A DNA stretch of 64,000 nt, from positions 14,072-78,071 of IMG/VR virus record IMGVR_UViG_2974719393_000001; one strand, given 5' to 3'. The notes under the pieces are model-generated. The model was given only the letters and a program-made list of their open reading frames with translations. It did not search any database and was not told the DNA's origin. Both the position numbers and the translations under genes were made by a program. The stretch comes from a virus. Its lineage: Duplodnaviria > Caudoviricetes. Positions 1-8,712 of this stretch are shown piece after piece (the first letter of the stretch is position 1; the number at the start of each line of letters is the position of its first letter).

Positions 1-402
1 GAACGTACGTGGGAATTTGCCAACAACCTAATGGAGCAGTGGGGCGATACAGTTCCAGGCAGCAAACTAACACTGCTGCAAGGTACTATCGGTACTGGTC
101 TGGCTCAGGAATTCTACAACTTCCTGAAGGTCTACAAAAAGATTCCAGACTACGCAGCTATCATTGCTAATCCAAAAGGTACTCCAGTACCGGATGAGCC
201 TGACCGTCGTTTCGCACTAACTGGTGTTATCGCTAAAAACATCGAAGCTTCTACAGCTGGTGATGCGATGAAATACATTGGCCGTCTACCTCTTGAATTC
301 CAAGTCATCTGTATGAAGGACATCATGAAGGTAAACCCAGGTATGTCTACCAACCCAGATGTTGCGGCATGGGTGAAGCAGAACATGAATGCAATGTTCT
401 AA
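1..402 (+). CDS. MoxR-type AAA+ ATPase, C-terminal part (N4 gp24-like); 5' end outside window
   Basis: Frame is open from base 1 (ERTWEFANNLM..., matching the 'PRtWE' motif of these AAA proteins). Lies upstream of the vWA/metallopeptidase partner as in N4 gp24-gp25. Confidence 0.8.
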   Translation, partial: ERTWEFANNLMEQWGDTVPGSKLTLLQGTIGTGLAQEFYNFLKVYKKIPDYAAIIANPKGTPVPDEPDRRFALTGVIAKNIEASTAGDAMKYIGRLPLEFQVICMKDIMKVNPGMSTNPDVAAWVKQNMNAMF

Positions 403-410
403 GGACTACT

Positions 411-869
411 ATGCGAAAATCCACTATTCATGACTATGAGGTGTTTTCCGATGGTACGGTGTATTCACATAACACCAATAAATTTTTAAAACCATTAATC
501 CACTCACAGGGTTACCACATGGTGGATTTAGCTGGAAAACGTTATTTAGTACATAGGCTGGTTGCACAAAAATTTTTACCCTTGATAGAAGGGAAAGAAT
601 ACGTTAATCACATTAACGGGAACAAAGCTGACAATCGAGTTTCAAATTTAGAATGGTGTACGCAAAAAGAAAATATATACCATTCTCATAAAACAGGGTT
701 AGCTGGTAAATCGAAAAACCAACCTAAACTACGCAAACTACCTCCTAAAGCAGTGCGGGATATCCGTACAAAAAGACTTTCTCAAAGAAAGTTTGCTGCG
801 CTTTACCAGATAGGTAAACGTACTGTAGCAATGATTCAGTCGGGTGAAACCTATAAGGATTTGTACTAA
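411..869 (+). CDS. HNH homing endonuclease (HNH_3 type) with C-terminal HTH
   Basis: VHRLVAQKFL...VNHINGNKADNRVSNLEWCTQKEN motif. ATG 411 follows AAGGA. AT-richer than flanks. Confidence 0.9.
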   Translation: MRKSTIHDYEVFSDGTVYSHNTNKFLKPLIHSQGYHMVDLAGKRYLVHRLVAQKFLPLIEGKEYVNHINGNKADNRVSNLEWCTQKENIYHSHKTGLAGKSKNQPKLRKLPPKAVRDIRTKRLSQRKFAALYQIGKRTVAMIQSGETYKDLY

Positions 870-2002
870 TGGTAACGAATTTTAAAGCAGTTGATGGTCT
901 GCTGTCGAAAGCGAAGATTAACCTGATGACTCGACCGGACAGTGTATTCATTACTACTGTCCTGTTTTCGCTTAATCCAAAGTGGGATACCACTATTCCG
1001 ACAGCGGCTACTAACGGTGTTGATTTGATTATCAACCCACACTTCTTCGAGCAGCTAGACTTCGCGGAACGCGTATTTGTACTAGCTCACGAAACTTGGC
1101 ACGTAGTCTTCCAGCACATGGACCGTCAGATGGGTCGTGACCCAATCAAGTGGAATTACGCTTGTGACTATGTCATCAATCTGATGCTGAAAGACAACGG
1201 TTTCAAAGTCATGCGTGGTGCGCTCATTGATGAGCAATACCGCGATATGTCAGCGACTGAAATCTACGACATTCTTCCAGACCCACCGGCAGACCCGGGT
1301 GGTACTGGTGCAGACTTGCAAGATGCTCCTAAGGACATGTCCAAGGAAGACTTCAAGCGCCACGTAGAAGGTATGGTTCAACGTGCTTCAATGGCAGCTG
1401 ACAAAGCTGGCCAAGCCGGTACAGTTCCAGGTGATGTACAACGTTGGTTGAACAAGCTAACTCGTACTAAGGTTGACTGGCGTAAAGCTCTGCGAAACTT
1501 CTTCACTGCCCTTGCGAAGAAAGACTTTTCGATGTCTAAACCGAATCGTCGTTATATCAATCAGGGTTTCTTCTTGCCTACTCTGCAAGGTGAAGCCATG
1601 GGTGAAATCGCATGTGCGGTGGATACTTCCGGTTCGGTATCGGACGAAGAGTTCACAGCATTCGTCTCAGAGATGAAAGCCATCAAGGAAATCTACAACC
1701 CAGAGAAGATGACCATCATCGACTTTGATACGCAGATTAACACGGTGGAAGAAATCGCTGCAGGCGAAGCCTTTAAGTGTAACTTCCGTGGGTACGGTGG
1801 TACTGATATGTGGCCTGTCTTTGAACATTTCAAGGGTAAGAAGCCACCTAAGTGCCTAATTGTCTTCTCAGACATGTACTGTGATATGTCGATGCCTAAA
1901 CCACCATTTCCGGTGATTTGGGTTTGTGTTAACCGTGAAGACTGGAACCATGACTGGGGCAAGGTGATTCACTATGACACAACCGACTTATTCGACCGAT
2001 AA
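869..2002 (+). CDS. vWA-domain / zincin metallopeptidase-like protein (N4 gp25-like)
   Basis: TAATNG...LAHETWH (HExxH), WNYACDYVIN, MIDAS VDTSGS, GYGGTD and FSD motifs. Confidence 0.88.
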   Translation: MVTNFKAVDGLLSKAKINLMTRPDSVFITTVLFSLNPKWDTTIPTAATNGVDLIINPHFFEQLDFAERVFVLAHETWHVVFQHMDRQMGRDPIKWNYACDYVINLMLKDNGFKVMRGALIDEQYRDMSATEIYDILPDPPADPGGTGADLQDAPKDMSKEDFKRHVEGMVQRASMAADKAGQAGTVPGDVQRWLNKLTRTKVDWRKALRNFFTALAKKDFSMSKPNRRYINQGFFLPTLQGEAMGEIACAVDTSGSVSDEEFTAFVSEMKAIKEIYNPEKMTIIDFDTQINTVEEIAAGEAFKCNFRGYGGTDMWPVFEHFKGKKPPKCLIVFSDMYCDMSMPKPPFPVIWVCVNREDWNHDWGKVIHYDTTDLFDR

Positions 2003-2237
2003 GTTTATTGCAGAAATTGAGTCTTGGGATACCCCCGAGACTCAAGAATGTTTCCCAAAGTCAGAATACTGCCCGTTCGAAAAAGAAGGGGAGGATGGGA
2101 CATTTATGTGTACCCAATGCCCTTTCTCTGAACGCAACAGGAAGCAGTTCCTCAATACGCTTAAAACCATCAAGCTACTGGAGCTAGACCATGTCGCTAT
2201 TCCCGAAACTCCTAAAGCTACTAAAGGGAGCAAGTAA
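1974..2237 (+). CDS. small putative Zn-finger protein (paralog of next ORF)
   Basis: C..C..CxxCPF pattern; overlaps both neighbours. Confidence 0.6.
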   Translation: MTQPTYSTDKFIAEIESWDTPETQECFPKSEYCPFEKEGEDGTFMCTQCPFSERNRKQFLNTLKTIKLLELDHVAIPETPKATKGSK

Positions 2238-2412
2238 CACTGAATTGTGTGGCGCGGTAAACGCGAACTGCGATAACCAGTGTCAGTCTTGCCCATTTGG
2301 TTCGGCTAACAACAAAAAGCATATCGACAATTCACTCGATATGATTAATCTGGTTATGGGTGAAAGCTTTAACCAGACAGAGGAAATCCCCGATTATGAT
2401 TCAGACGACTAA
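2191..2412 (+). CDS. small putative Zn-finger protein
   Basis: GGAG SD; C..C..CxxCPF pattern like the preceding ORF. Confidence 0.6.
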   Translation: MSLFPKLLKLLKGASNTELCGAVNANCDNQCQSCPFGSANNKKHIDNSLDMINLVMGESFNQTEEIPDYDSDD

Positions 2413-3646
2413 CCTAACTGCACACCAGCAGTTGGGTTTAGATGCGTTTGAAGATTTCCTCTTCAACTCCAATGACCGAGAGTTCGTTCTAAGCGGATTC
2501 TCGGGCGTTGGTAAAACGCACTTAACATCCGCAATGATTGTTAGTGTGCAAAAGTATATCAAATCCTGTGAGCTCATCGGCATTGATGCCGATACCACCT
2601 ACGAGCTTACGGCGACTACAAACCAAGCAGCAAAAGTACTAAGTGACCGGCTGAAAATGCCAATAGACACAATCTTCTCTGCGCTGAAAGTTAAACTTCG
2701 TGAAAATTACCGTACCGGTAAAGAAGACTTAGATTTCAGTAACTGTAGTATTCATTACGATAAAGTAATTTATTTCATTGATGAGGCTTCATACCTCAGT
2801 AACGAAATGATTGGAGCTTTACGTAGCTACAGACCCAACAGTAAGTTTGTGTATATAGGCGATAAATTTCAGTTACCACCGGTCGGGTACAATACTGCCC
2901 CTGCCTTTGATATTGTGGCTCCACAATACCATCTCTCTGACATTATCCGTCAAAACTCCCAAGCACAAAAAGACCTTGTATTATCACTGAAAGATGAAGT
3001 AGAACAGAATCGCTTCATGTATAGTATTCACAAATTCCATAACGGTAATGAAATCATCATTTGTAATGGCTCAGATTTTCAAGCCCTAATAGATGCTGAA
3101 TTCTCACGCCCAGATTACGAAGAAGACGATGCAAAAATACTTGCTTATCATAATCACACTGTTACTGCCTATTCTCATTACGTTAGAGAGTTGCACGGTA
3201 AGCCTGAATTATTTGTCTCGGGCGACACCGTCATCCTCGGACAGTCATGGGGCAACATCCCCACAGCATTTAAAGCTACAGTAGACTCAATTAGTTCTAA
3301 GCCAACCGAATTCTATGGTTTAGAGGCTTACTACGTCACTGTTAATGGTGCTGAAGGCGTGTACACTCCTGACTTCGAAGGTCTGAAAGCCTTAAAGAAA
3401 GAGTACGCATGGCAGTGTTCAAGACAGTACAAGCATTGGGCAGAGTACTTCGAACTGAAGAATTTCTTCGTCGATTTACGTGACCCAAGTTCATCCACTG
3501 TGCATAAAGCACAGGGTTCCACACACAAGACAATTTTCGTTGACATGCACGACTTAAACGAGTGTAAGTCTCCTAGTCTGTTGCGCCGTTTGCGCTACGT
3601 GGGTTTGTCACGTGGAGCAGAGAGAGTAGTAGCTTATGCGAAATAA
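2396..3646 (+). CDS. SF1B (Dda/RecD-like) DNA helicase (N4 gp37-like)
   Basis: Walker A GFSGVGKT, IDEAS, IGDKFQLPPV, STVHKAQGST, YVGLSRG. ATG 2396 follows GAGGA. Confidence 0.9.
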   Translation: MIQTTNLTAHQQLGLDAFEDFLFNSNDREFVLSGFSGVGKTHLTSAMIVSVQKYIKSCELIGIDADTTYELTATTNQAAKVLSDRLKMPIDTIFSALKVKLRENYRTGKEDLDFSNCSIHYDKVIYFIDEASYLSNEMIGALRSYRPNSKFVYIGDKFQLPPVGYNTAPAFDIVAPQYHLSDIIRQNSQAQKDLVLSLKDEVEQNRFMYSIHKFHNGNEIIICNGSDFQALIDAEFSRPDYEEDDAKILAYHNHTVTAYSHYVRELHGKPELFVSGDTVILGQSWGNIPTAFKATVDSISSKPTEFYGLEAYYVTVNGAEGVYTPDFEGLKALKKEYAWQCSRQYKHWAEYFELKNFFVDLRDPSSSTVHKAQGSTHKTIFVDMHDLNECKSPSLLRRLRYVGLSRGAERVVAYAK

Positions 3647-4133
3647 AGAAATATCGTGGGGATACGCTATTGGAAGTTCCGCTTCCAAATATGAGCGTTG
3701 GCAGTATGGCACCCACATGACACTGCGATTGCAGAAACTGTTGGTTAAAGCCATGGGGCGCGAATTGAATCGCCCACTGGAACCAGCTTTCCGAACAACC
3801 ACATTCATGATGAATCCTCACGGTGTTGCTTTAAAAAGCCATGTTTACCACTTAGAGCCAGAGGAAGAAGCAGCACAGAGAGAGATTATCGAAGCTTACC
3901 GCCAAAGCATTGAGCTTGGGCAAAAGTTAGAAAATTCTCTACGCCGCGTAATGAATGCAGCTGAAACCACCCACGAACAACTGTACGCAATCAATAATCT
4001 GTACGGTGACTCAACTGAGGTAGCTGACGAATGGATTTCCGACGAGTTCAAAGCAATGTGCGACGCCGAGACGTACAGAGATTCTGCGAGAGAGTTAAGG
4101 CTGCTAGTAATTCTCCACGGAGGCACTCTATGA
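3636..4133 (+). CDS. hypothetical protein (gp38-like position)
   Basis: Coupled ORF between helicase and polymerase. Confidence 0.65.
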   Translation: MRNKEISWGYAIGSSASKYERWQYGTHMTLRLQKLLVKAMGRELNRPLEPAFRTTTFMMNPHGVALKSHVYHLEPEEEAAQREIIEAYRQSIELGQKLENSLRRVMNAAETTHEQLYAINNLYGDSTEVADEWISDEFKAMCDAETYRDSARELRLLVILHGGTL

Positions 4134-4693
4134 GAACGATTGACCTACACGGTTACAGTTCTCATTCGATAGGTGCATTGTGCGAAATCACATTGCTGGC
4201 CCAGTACTACCAACAGGAATTCGGTTGGGTACTAAATCATGCCCGAGAACAGAAACCAGAGGCTAATGCCTTGTACATTGGCTCCTATGTCCTTCTGCTA
4301 AACCCCGCTGAAAATGCATTATATAACGGTGCTCAATGTGACACCAAAGATGAAACGATGGCCTTCATACTCAATGAAACTCTGCGTCTAAAAGCAGAAG
4401 CCAAGGAAGTCAATGCTCTATTCAAATTGGCCTCACGCACTTGTGAAGAACCACGTTATAGAAAAGTGAGTATGTTCCACTTGATGGGCTTACAGCAAAA
4501 CATGGGCAGTCCTTTACTGGACAAAGACGTAGTCAAGGTAATGGAGTTCCAACGTGCGAACCAAAAGACTCTTACCAAGATGAAAGAGGCTTGTGTTCGA
4601 GCTCTGCTGCGCGGTATTCAACCACCATTCGTATTCAACGATGACATGGACTTGTCGGACAATAAGCGTACGTACAAGAGCATCTTCGACTAA
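4130..4693 (+). CDS. hypothetical protein (gp38-like position)
   Basis: GGAGG SD and ATGA overlap with the previous stop. Confidence 0.65.
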   Translation: MRTIDLHGYSSHSIGALCEITLLAQYYQQEFGWVLNHAREQKPEANALYIGSYVLLLNPAENALYNGAQCDTKDETMAFILNETLRLKAEAKEVNALFKLASRTCEEPRYRKVSMFHLMGLQQNMGSPLLDKDVVKVMEFQRANQKTLTKMKEACVRALLRGIQPPFVFNDDMDLSDNKRTYKSIFD

Positions 4694-4725
4694 ACTGTAG
4701 TTCCACCCACTAACCTGAGGTATCC

Positions 4726-7347
4726 ATGCGACACTTACTTTTCAAAGAACAGGACTCCTATCAAGTCGCAATCTTGATTAAAGAAGCCGCGTTCAAAAAA
4801 GATTTGTTGGTCAAGCATTACGTCAAGCCGTTGGAAGCCCTAGGTATTAACCGCGATGACATTATTTTCTTCACCCTTGAGTATGACAACCCCAAGAAGG
4901 TGAAGGCGTCTACCGCAAAAGCGTACATGGAAAAACTACTTCCAGTACTCCAACGGTTTGATATTGAACACATTATTTGTTGTGACCCTAATTACTACAA
5001 ACCATTGTGTAAAAAGACCAATACGGAAAAAGAGCACGGTTACGTGCAGCCAAGCCAACTGAAAGGATGGGAAGACGTATTCCAAGTCGCTATCTGTCCT
5101 AACTTCCAGGGCTTGTTCCGCAATCCAGACCTCCAAGCCAAAATGGATATGGACATGCACGCCATGGCCACGTTCATTCAGGGCACATTCGAGGAACTCG
5201 GCAAGGACGTAATTCACCTGTATGAATATACAGAGGATTACTTTGAAATCCGCGACCGACTGGAGAAGCTACTCCTAGAACCAAAACTCACCTGTGACGT
5301 TGAGGCTTTCTCGTTAAAGCACCCCACAGCTGGATTGGGCTCGATTGGATTCGCTCGCAATAAACATGAAGGTTGGACAATCGGTGTTGATAAAATCATC
5401 AACCGAGCTGCTACATTTGAGGAGCAAGTTAACTGTCCAATTCGTGCACTACTACGTGATTTCTTCGAACGCTACGAAGGCAAAGTGGTTTACCACAATG
5501 CTTCCTTCGATATTAAAATCATTCTGTTCAACCTATGGATGAAGCACCTGACTGACCAAGAAGGGCTAGTCAAAGGTTTGAACATTATGACCCGCAACTT
5601 CGACGACACTAAAGTCATCACGTACTTGGCAACAAACAGTACTGCTGGTAACCATCTTGGTTTGAAAGACCAGAGCCATGAATACACCGGTAACTACGCT
5701 GTCGATGACATCGACGATATTTCTCTTATCCCAAAAGAAGAGTTGTATCGTTACAATGCTATTGACTGTATGGCTACTTGGTATGTGCATGAGAAGCATT
5801 GGGACACGGTAGTTGAAGATGACCAACTGGAAATCTACAACGACATCATGATTCCAAGCTTACGTGTCATTATCCAGATGGAATTAACCGGGATGTGCTT
5901 AGACATGGCCCGGGTTCAGCGAGCAGTACGTTCAGTTGACCGCAACCTACGTTGGTACAACCGTATAGTTGACGCGCATCCTGCGGTTCAGCAGGTAATC
6001 ACCCTCAAGAAACAGCGACAAATCGAAGAAGATAATAAGAAACTCAAAACCAAGCAACGCACTTGGGACGAGGTGGACTATATCGGATTCAACTCTGGCT
6101 CGACCAAAGATTTGCAAATTCTGTTGCATGAGGTGTTGGACTACAAAGTCCATGATAAAACTGCGACCAAACAACCAGCTACCGGTAACAAAACTCTCAA
6201 GAAACATATGAGCATGTCCTGTAAGGACGAATCAGAGCGTAACTTGATGAAAGCGTTAGTTGGTATTGGTGACGCGTCTATCATTCGAAACAACTTCCTT
6301 AAAAACTTCTTGGAAGCCACATACTCAGAAGAAGACGGAGCTTACTACATCTTCGGTAACTTCAATCTGGGTGGTACGGTATCAGGACGATTATCCTCCA
6401 GTGGGCCTAATCTCCAAAATATCCCGTCTAGCGGTACTCCTTATGCCAAGATGATTAAGAAATGTTTCATTGCTCCACCAGGGTTCGTATTTGTAGGTGC
6501 CGACTTCGCTTCACTAGAAGACCGAATCTCAGCACTGACTACACGCGACCCAATGAAACTGAAGGTGTATACCGATGGATATGATGGACATTGCCTCCGA
6601 GCTTATCACTATTTCCCAACAGAATATGTGGGAATACCAGAGACTCCTGCGGCAATCAATGCCACCAAGAGTACTCATAAAAAGTGGCGTCAATTATCGA
6701 AGACACCAACGTTTGCCCTTACCTATGGCGGGACTTACATGGCAATTGTTGAGCAGACAGGGATGCCTGTCGCCGACGCAAAAGCAATTGAAGAGAACTA
6801 CCATAAGCTCTACTCAGCGAGTGATGCTTGGGTCGAGGGGCATGTCAAAAAGGCGACTACAACTGGGTATGTTACATGCGCATTTGGACTTCGCGTTAGG
6901 ACTCCTATACTCGCCAAGACGATACTAGGTCTGAAGGAAACCCCTTATGAAGCACAGAAGGAAGCCCGCACTGCCGGCAACGCCTTAGGCCAATCATGGG
7001 GCCTACTCAACAACCGTGCCGCTATCGAGCTACAAGAGAAGACTCTCAAGAGCGCGTTCGTACTTGATATTCGCCCTTGTGCTCACATTCATGACGCTCA
7101 GTATTTCTATGTGCGCGATGACGTGGCTGCTGTGGAGTACCTCAATAACAACCTAGGCGATGCAATGGCGTGGCAAAACCACCCATTAATCCAGCATCCA
7201 GATGTTCATCTATCTGGTGAGTTGGACTTGTTCTACCCATCTTGGGCATATGACAAGACGTTACCAAACCATGCTTCTCAGGACCTCATCTTCAAAATTG
7301 CAGATGCATCACCTGAAGAGTACAAAAAATTAATGAAATCCCTATAG
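4726..7347 (+). CDS. family A DNA polymerase with 3'-5' exonuclease (N4 gp39-like)
   Basis: ExoI CDVEA, ExoII HNASFD, ExoIII YNAID; SGRLSSSGPNLQNIP; motif A ADFASLEDR, motif B RQLSKTPTFALTYG, motif C IHDA. Confidence 0.96.
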   Translation: MRHLLFKEQDSYQVAILIKEAAFKKDLLVKHYVKPLEALGINRDDIIFFTLEYDNPKKVKASTAKAYMEKLLPVLQRFDIEHIICCDPNYYKPLCKKTNTEKEHGYVQPSQLKGWEDVFQVAICPNFQGLFRNPDLQAKMDMDMHAMATFIQGTFEELGKDVIHLYEYTEDYFEIRDRLEKLLLEPKLTCDVEAFSLKHPTAGLGSIGFARNKHEGWTIGVDKIINRAATFEEQVNCPIRALLRDFFERYEGKVVYHNASFDIKIILFNLWMKHLTDQEGLVKGLNIMTRNFDDTKVITYLATNSTAGNHLGLKDQSHEYTGNYAVDDIDDISLIPKEELYRYNAIDCMATWYVHEKHWDTVVEDDQLEIYNDIMIPSLRVIIQMELTGMCLDMARVQRAVRSVDRNLRWYNRIVDAHPAVQQVITLKKQRQIEEDNKKLKTKQRTWDEVDYIGFNSGSTKDLQILLHEVLDYKVHDKTATKQPATGNKTLKKHMSMSCKDESERNLMKALVGIGDASIIRNNFLKNFLEATYSEEDGAYYIFGNFNLGGTVSGRLSSSGPNLQNIPSSGTPYAKMIKKCFIAPPGFVFVGADFASLEDRISALTTRDPMKLKVYTDGYDGHCLRAYHYFPTEYVGIPETPAAINATKSTHKKWRQLSKTPTFALTYGGTYMAIVEQTGMPVADAKAIEENYHKLYSASDAWVEGHVKKATTTGYVTCAFGLRVRTPILAKTILGLKETPYEAQKEARTAGNALGQSWGLLNNRAAIELQEKTLKSAFVLDIRPCAHIHDAQYFYVRDDVAAVEYLNNNLGDAMAWQNHPLIQHPDVHLSGELDLFYPSWAYDKTLPNHASQDLIFKIADASPEEYKKLMKSL

Positions 7348-7378
7348 TCGTGGTGGTGGCTTCGCCACCTCCCACGAC
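7347..7378 (+). other. GC-rich stem-loop after DNA polymerase (no U-tract; processing or stability element, or weak terminator)
   Basis: GTCGTGG-T-GGTGGC-TTC-GCCACC-TC-CCACGAC. Confidence 0.5.
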
Positions 7379-7398
7379 CTATTCAACGGAGAGTTATC

Positions 7399-7683
7399 AT
7401 GGCAAAGTCACCACTTATTGTTAACGAAAGCAGCAATCATTCACTTCCTTACCCACGTAACGTTCAAGTCTCTGGTCGTACCTCAGGTGGTGGTAATTAC
7501 CTGATGCGTGCAGCGGCTTACGCCAAGGAACACGACGAGCGCCATGTGTACGTGTGTGTTTCACCGGGTGAAAAGCAAGAAGCAGTTACTGAGGCTATCA
7601 AGCAGCAGTACTTGCTGATGAACACTGTCGGTAAGACAAACTTCACGATTACTATCGTGAAAGAGGATGCTTGCATCATCTAG
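7399..7683 (+). CDS. hypothetical protein
   Basis: GGAGAG SD; phage-like codon usage. Confidence 0.7.
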   Translation: MAKSPLIVNESSNHSLPYPRNVQVSGRTSGGGNYLMRAAAYAKEHDERHVYVCVSPGEKQEAVTEAIKQQYLLMNTVGKTNFTITIVKEDACII

Positions 7684-7692
7684 GAGTACACC

Positions 7693-8709
7693 ATGCCAAA
7701 GGCAAAGTACGAAAACGATTGTGATGCGCCGCTCAGTGTAGCCGTATGGCTCGCTGACGACGATTACAGCTTCAACCCTGACGAACGTGCATTATCTTGT
7801 ACGGACCTCTTAAAATCGCATAGACAGCTTGTATTGCGACAACGCCGATTAGCGGTATTGTCTGCAAATCCACAGATTGCAGTGGAAGCAGTGAAGTTGT
7901 CTACTCGCGTCGCGAGCCGCATGGGTCAATCAATCCATGCCGGTATTGAGCACACGTGGAACAACAATGCAGCGGAAGCACTCATGAAATTGGGTTACCC
8001 GAAGCGTGTTGCTGACAAAGTGGTCATTAATCCAGACCCAGATAGTGATTTAGAAGACCTAATCCCTATTTATATGGAAATTCGCAACGAGCGAGAAATT
8101 GAAGGTTTTATCATTTCTGGTCAGTTTGACTTCTGTATTGAAGGGCGTCTTGAAGATTTTAAATCGACAAGCGTATTCACTTACACGAACCAAACCAATG
8201 CTGACAAGTATGTTAAACAGGGCTCGATTTATCGTTGGTTAAATCCTAAAATTGTGACTGAAGATATTTTCAACATTAACTATATCTTTACTGACTGGTC
8301 TAAGAACATGGCACGCGGCGCTAATTACCCGAGCCAACGTGTAATGGCACAGACATTCAATCTGATGCCAGTAAGCGAGACAGAATCTTGGATTCGTCAG
8401 AAGTTGATTACGATTAAAAATCTCGAATCAGTCCCTGAACCAGAACTACCAGACTGCACTCCAAAAGAACTTTGGCAGAAAGAGCCGAAGTACAAGTACT
8501 ACTCCGACCCGAACAAAGCTGCGGCTGGCGGTCGAGCTACCAAAAACTTTGATGACAAAATGTCTGCTCAACTCCATTTATCGGATAAGGGCAAGGGCAC
8601 TATCATCACTGTTCCCGGTGAAGTAGTAGCTTGTAAATACTGTGACGAGTTCGATGCGTGTACGCAGAAAGACCGTCTGATTGTAGTTGGTGCATTACGA
8701 ATGGAGTAA
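7693..8709 (+). CDS. PD-(D/E)xK exonuclease-like protein (N4 gp42-like)
   Basis: ISGQFD...EDFKSTS nuclease motif, C-terminal CKYC...C, synteny. Confidence 0.82.
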   Translation: MPKAKYENDCDAPLSVAVWLADDDYSFNPDERALSCTDLLKSHRQLVLRQRRLAVLSANPQIAVEAVKLSTRVASRMGQSIHAGIEHTWNNNAAEALMKLGYPKRVADKVVINPDPDSDLEDLIPIYMEIRNEREIEGFIISGQFDFCIEGRLEDFKSTSVFTYTNQTNADKYVKQGSIYRWLNPKIVTEDIFNINYIFTDWSKNMARGANYPSQRVMAQTFNLMPVSETESWIRQKLITIKNLESVPEPELPDCTPKELWQKEPKYKYYSDPNKAAAGGRATKNFDDKMSAQLHLSDKGKGTIITVPGEVVACKYCDEFDACTQKDRLIVVGALRME

Positions 8710-8712
8710 ACC

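Noticed and set aside
4726-7347. Intron or intein in polymerase, terminase or vRNAP
   Set aside because: The ORFs are continuous, of expected size, and show no splicing motifs.
7347-7378. C-TTC-G hairpins at 7355 and 47802 as vRNAP promoters
   Set aside because: They lack the downstream ATAN-AGG element and lie outside the early region.
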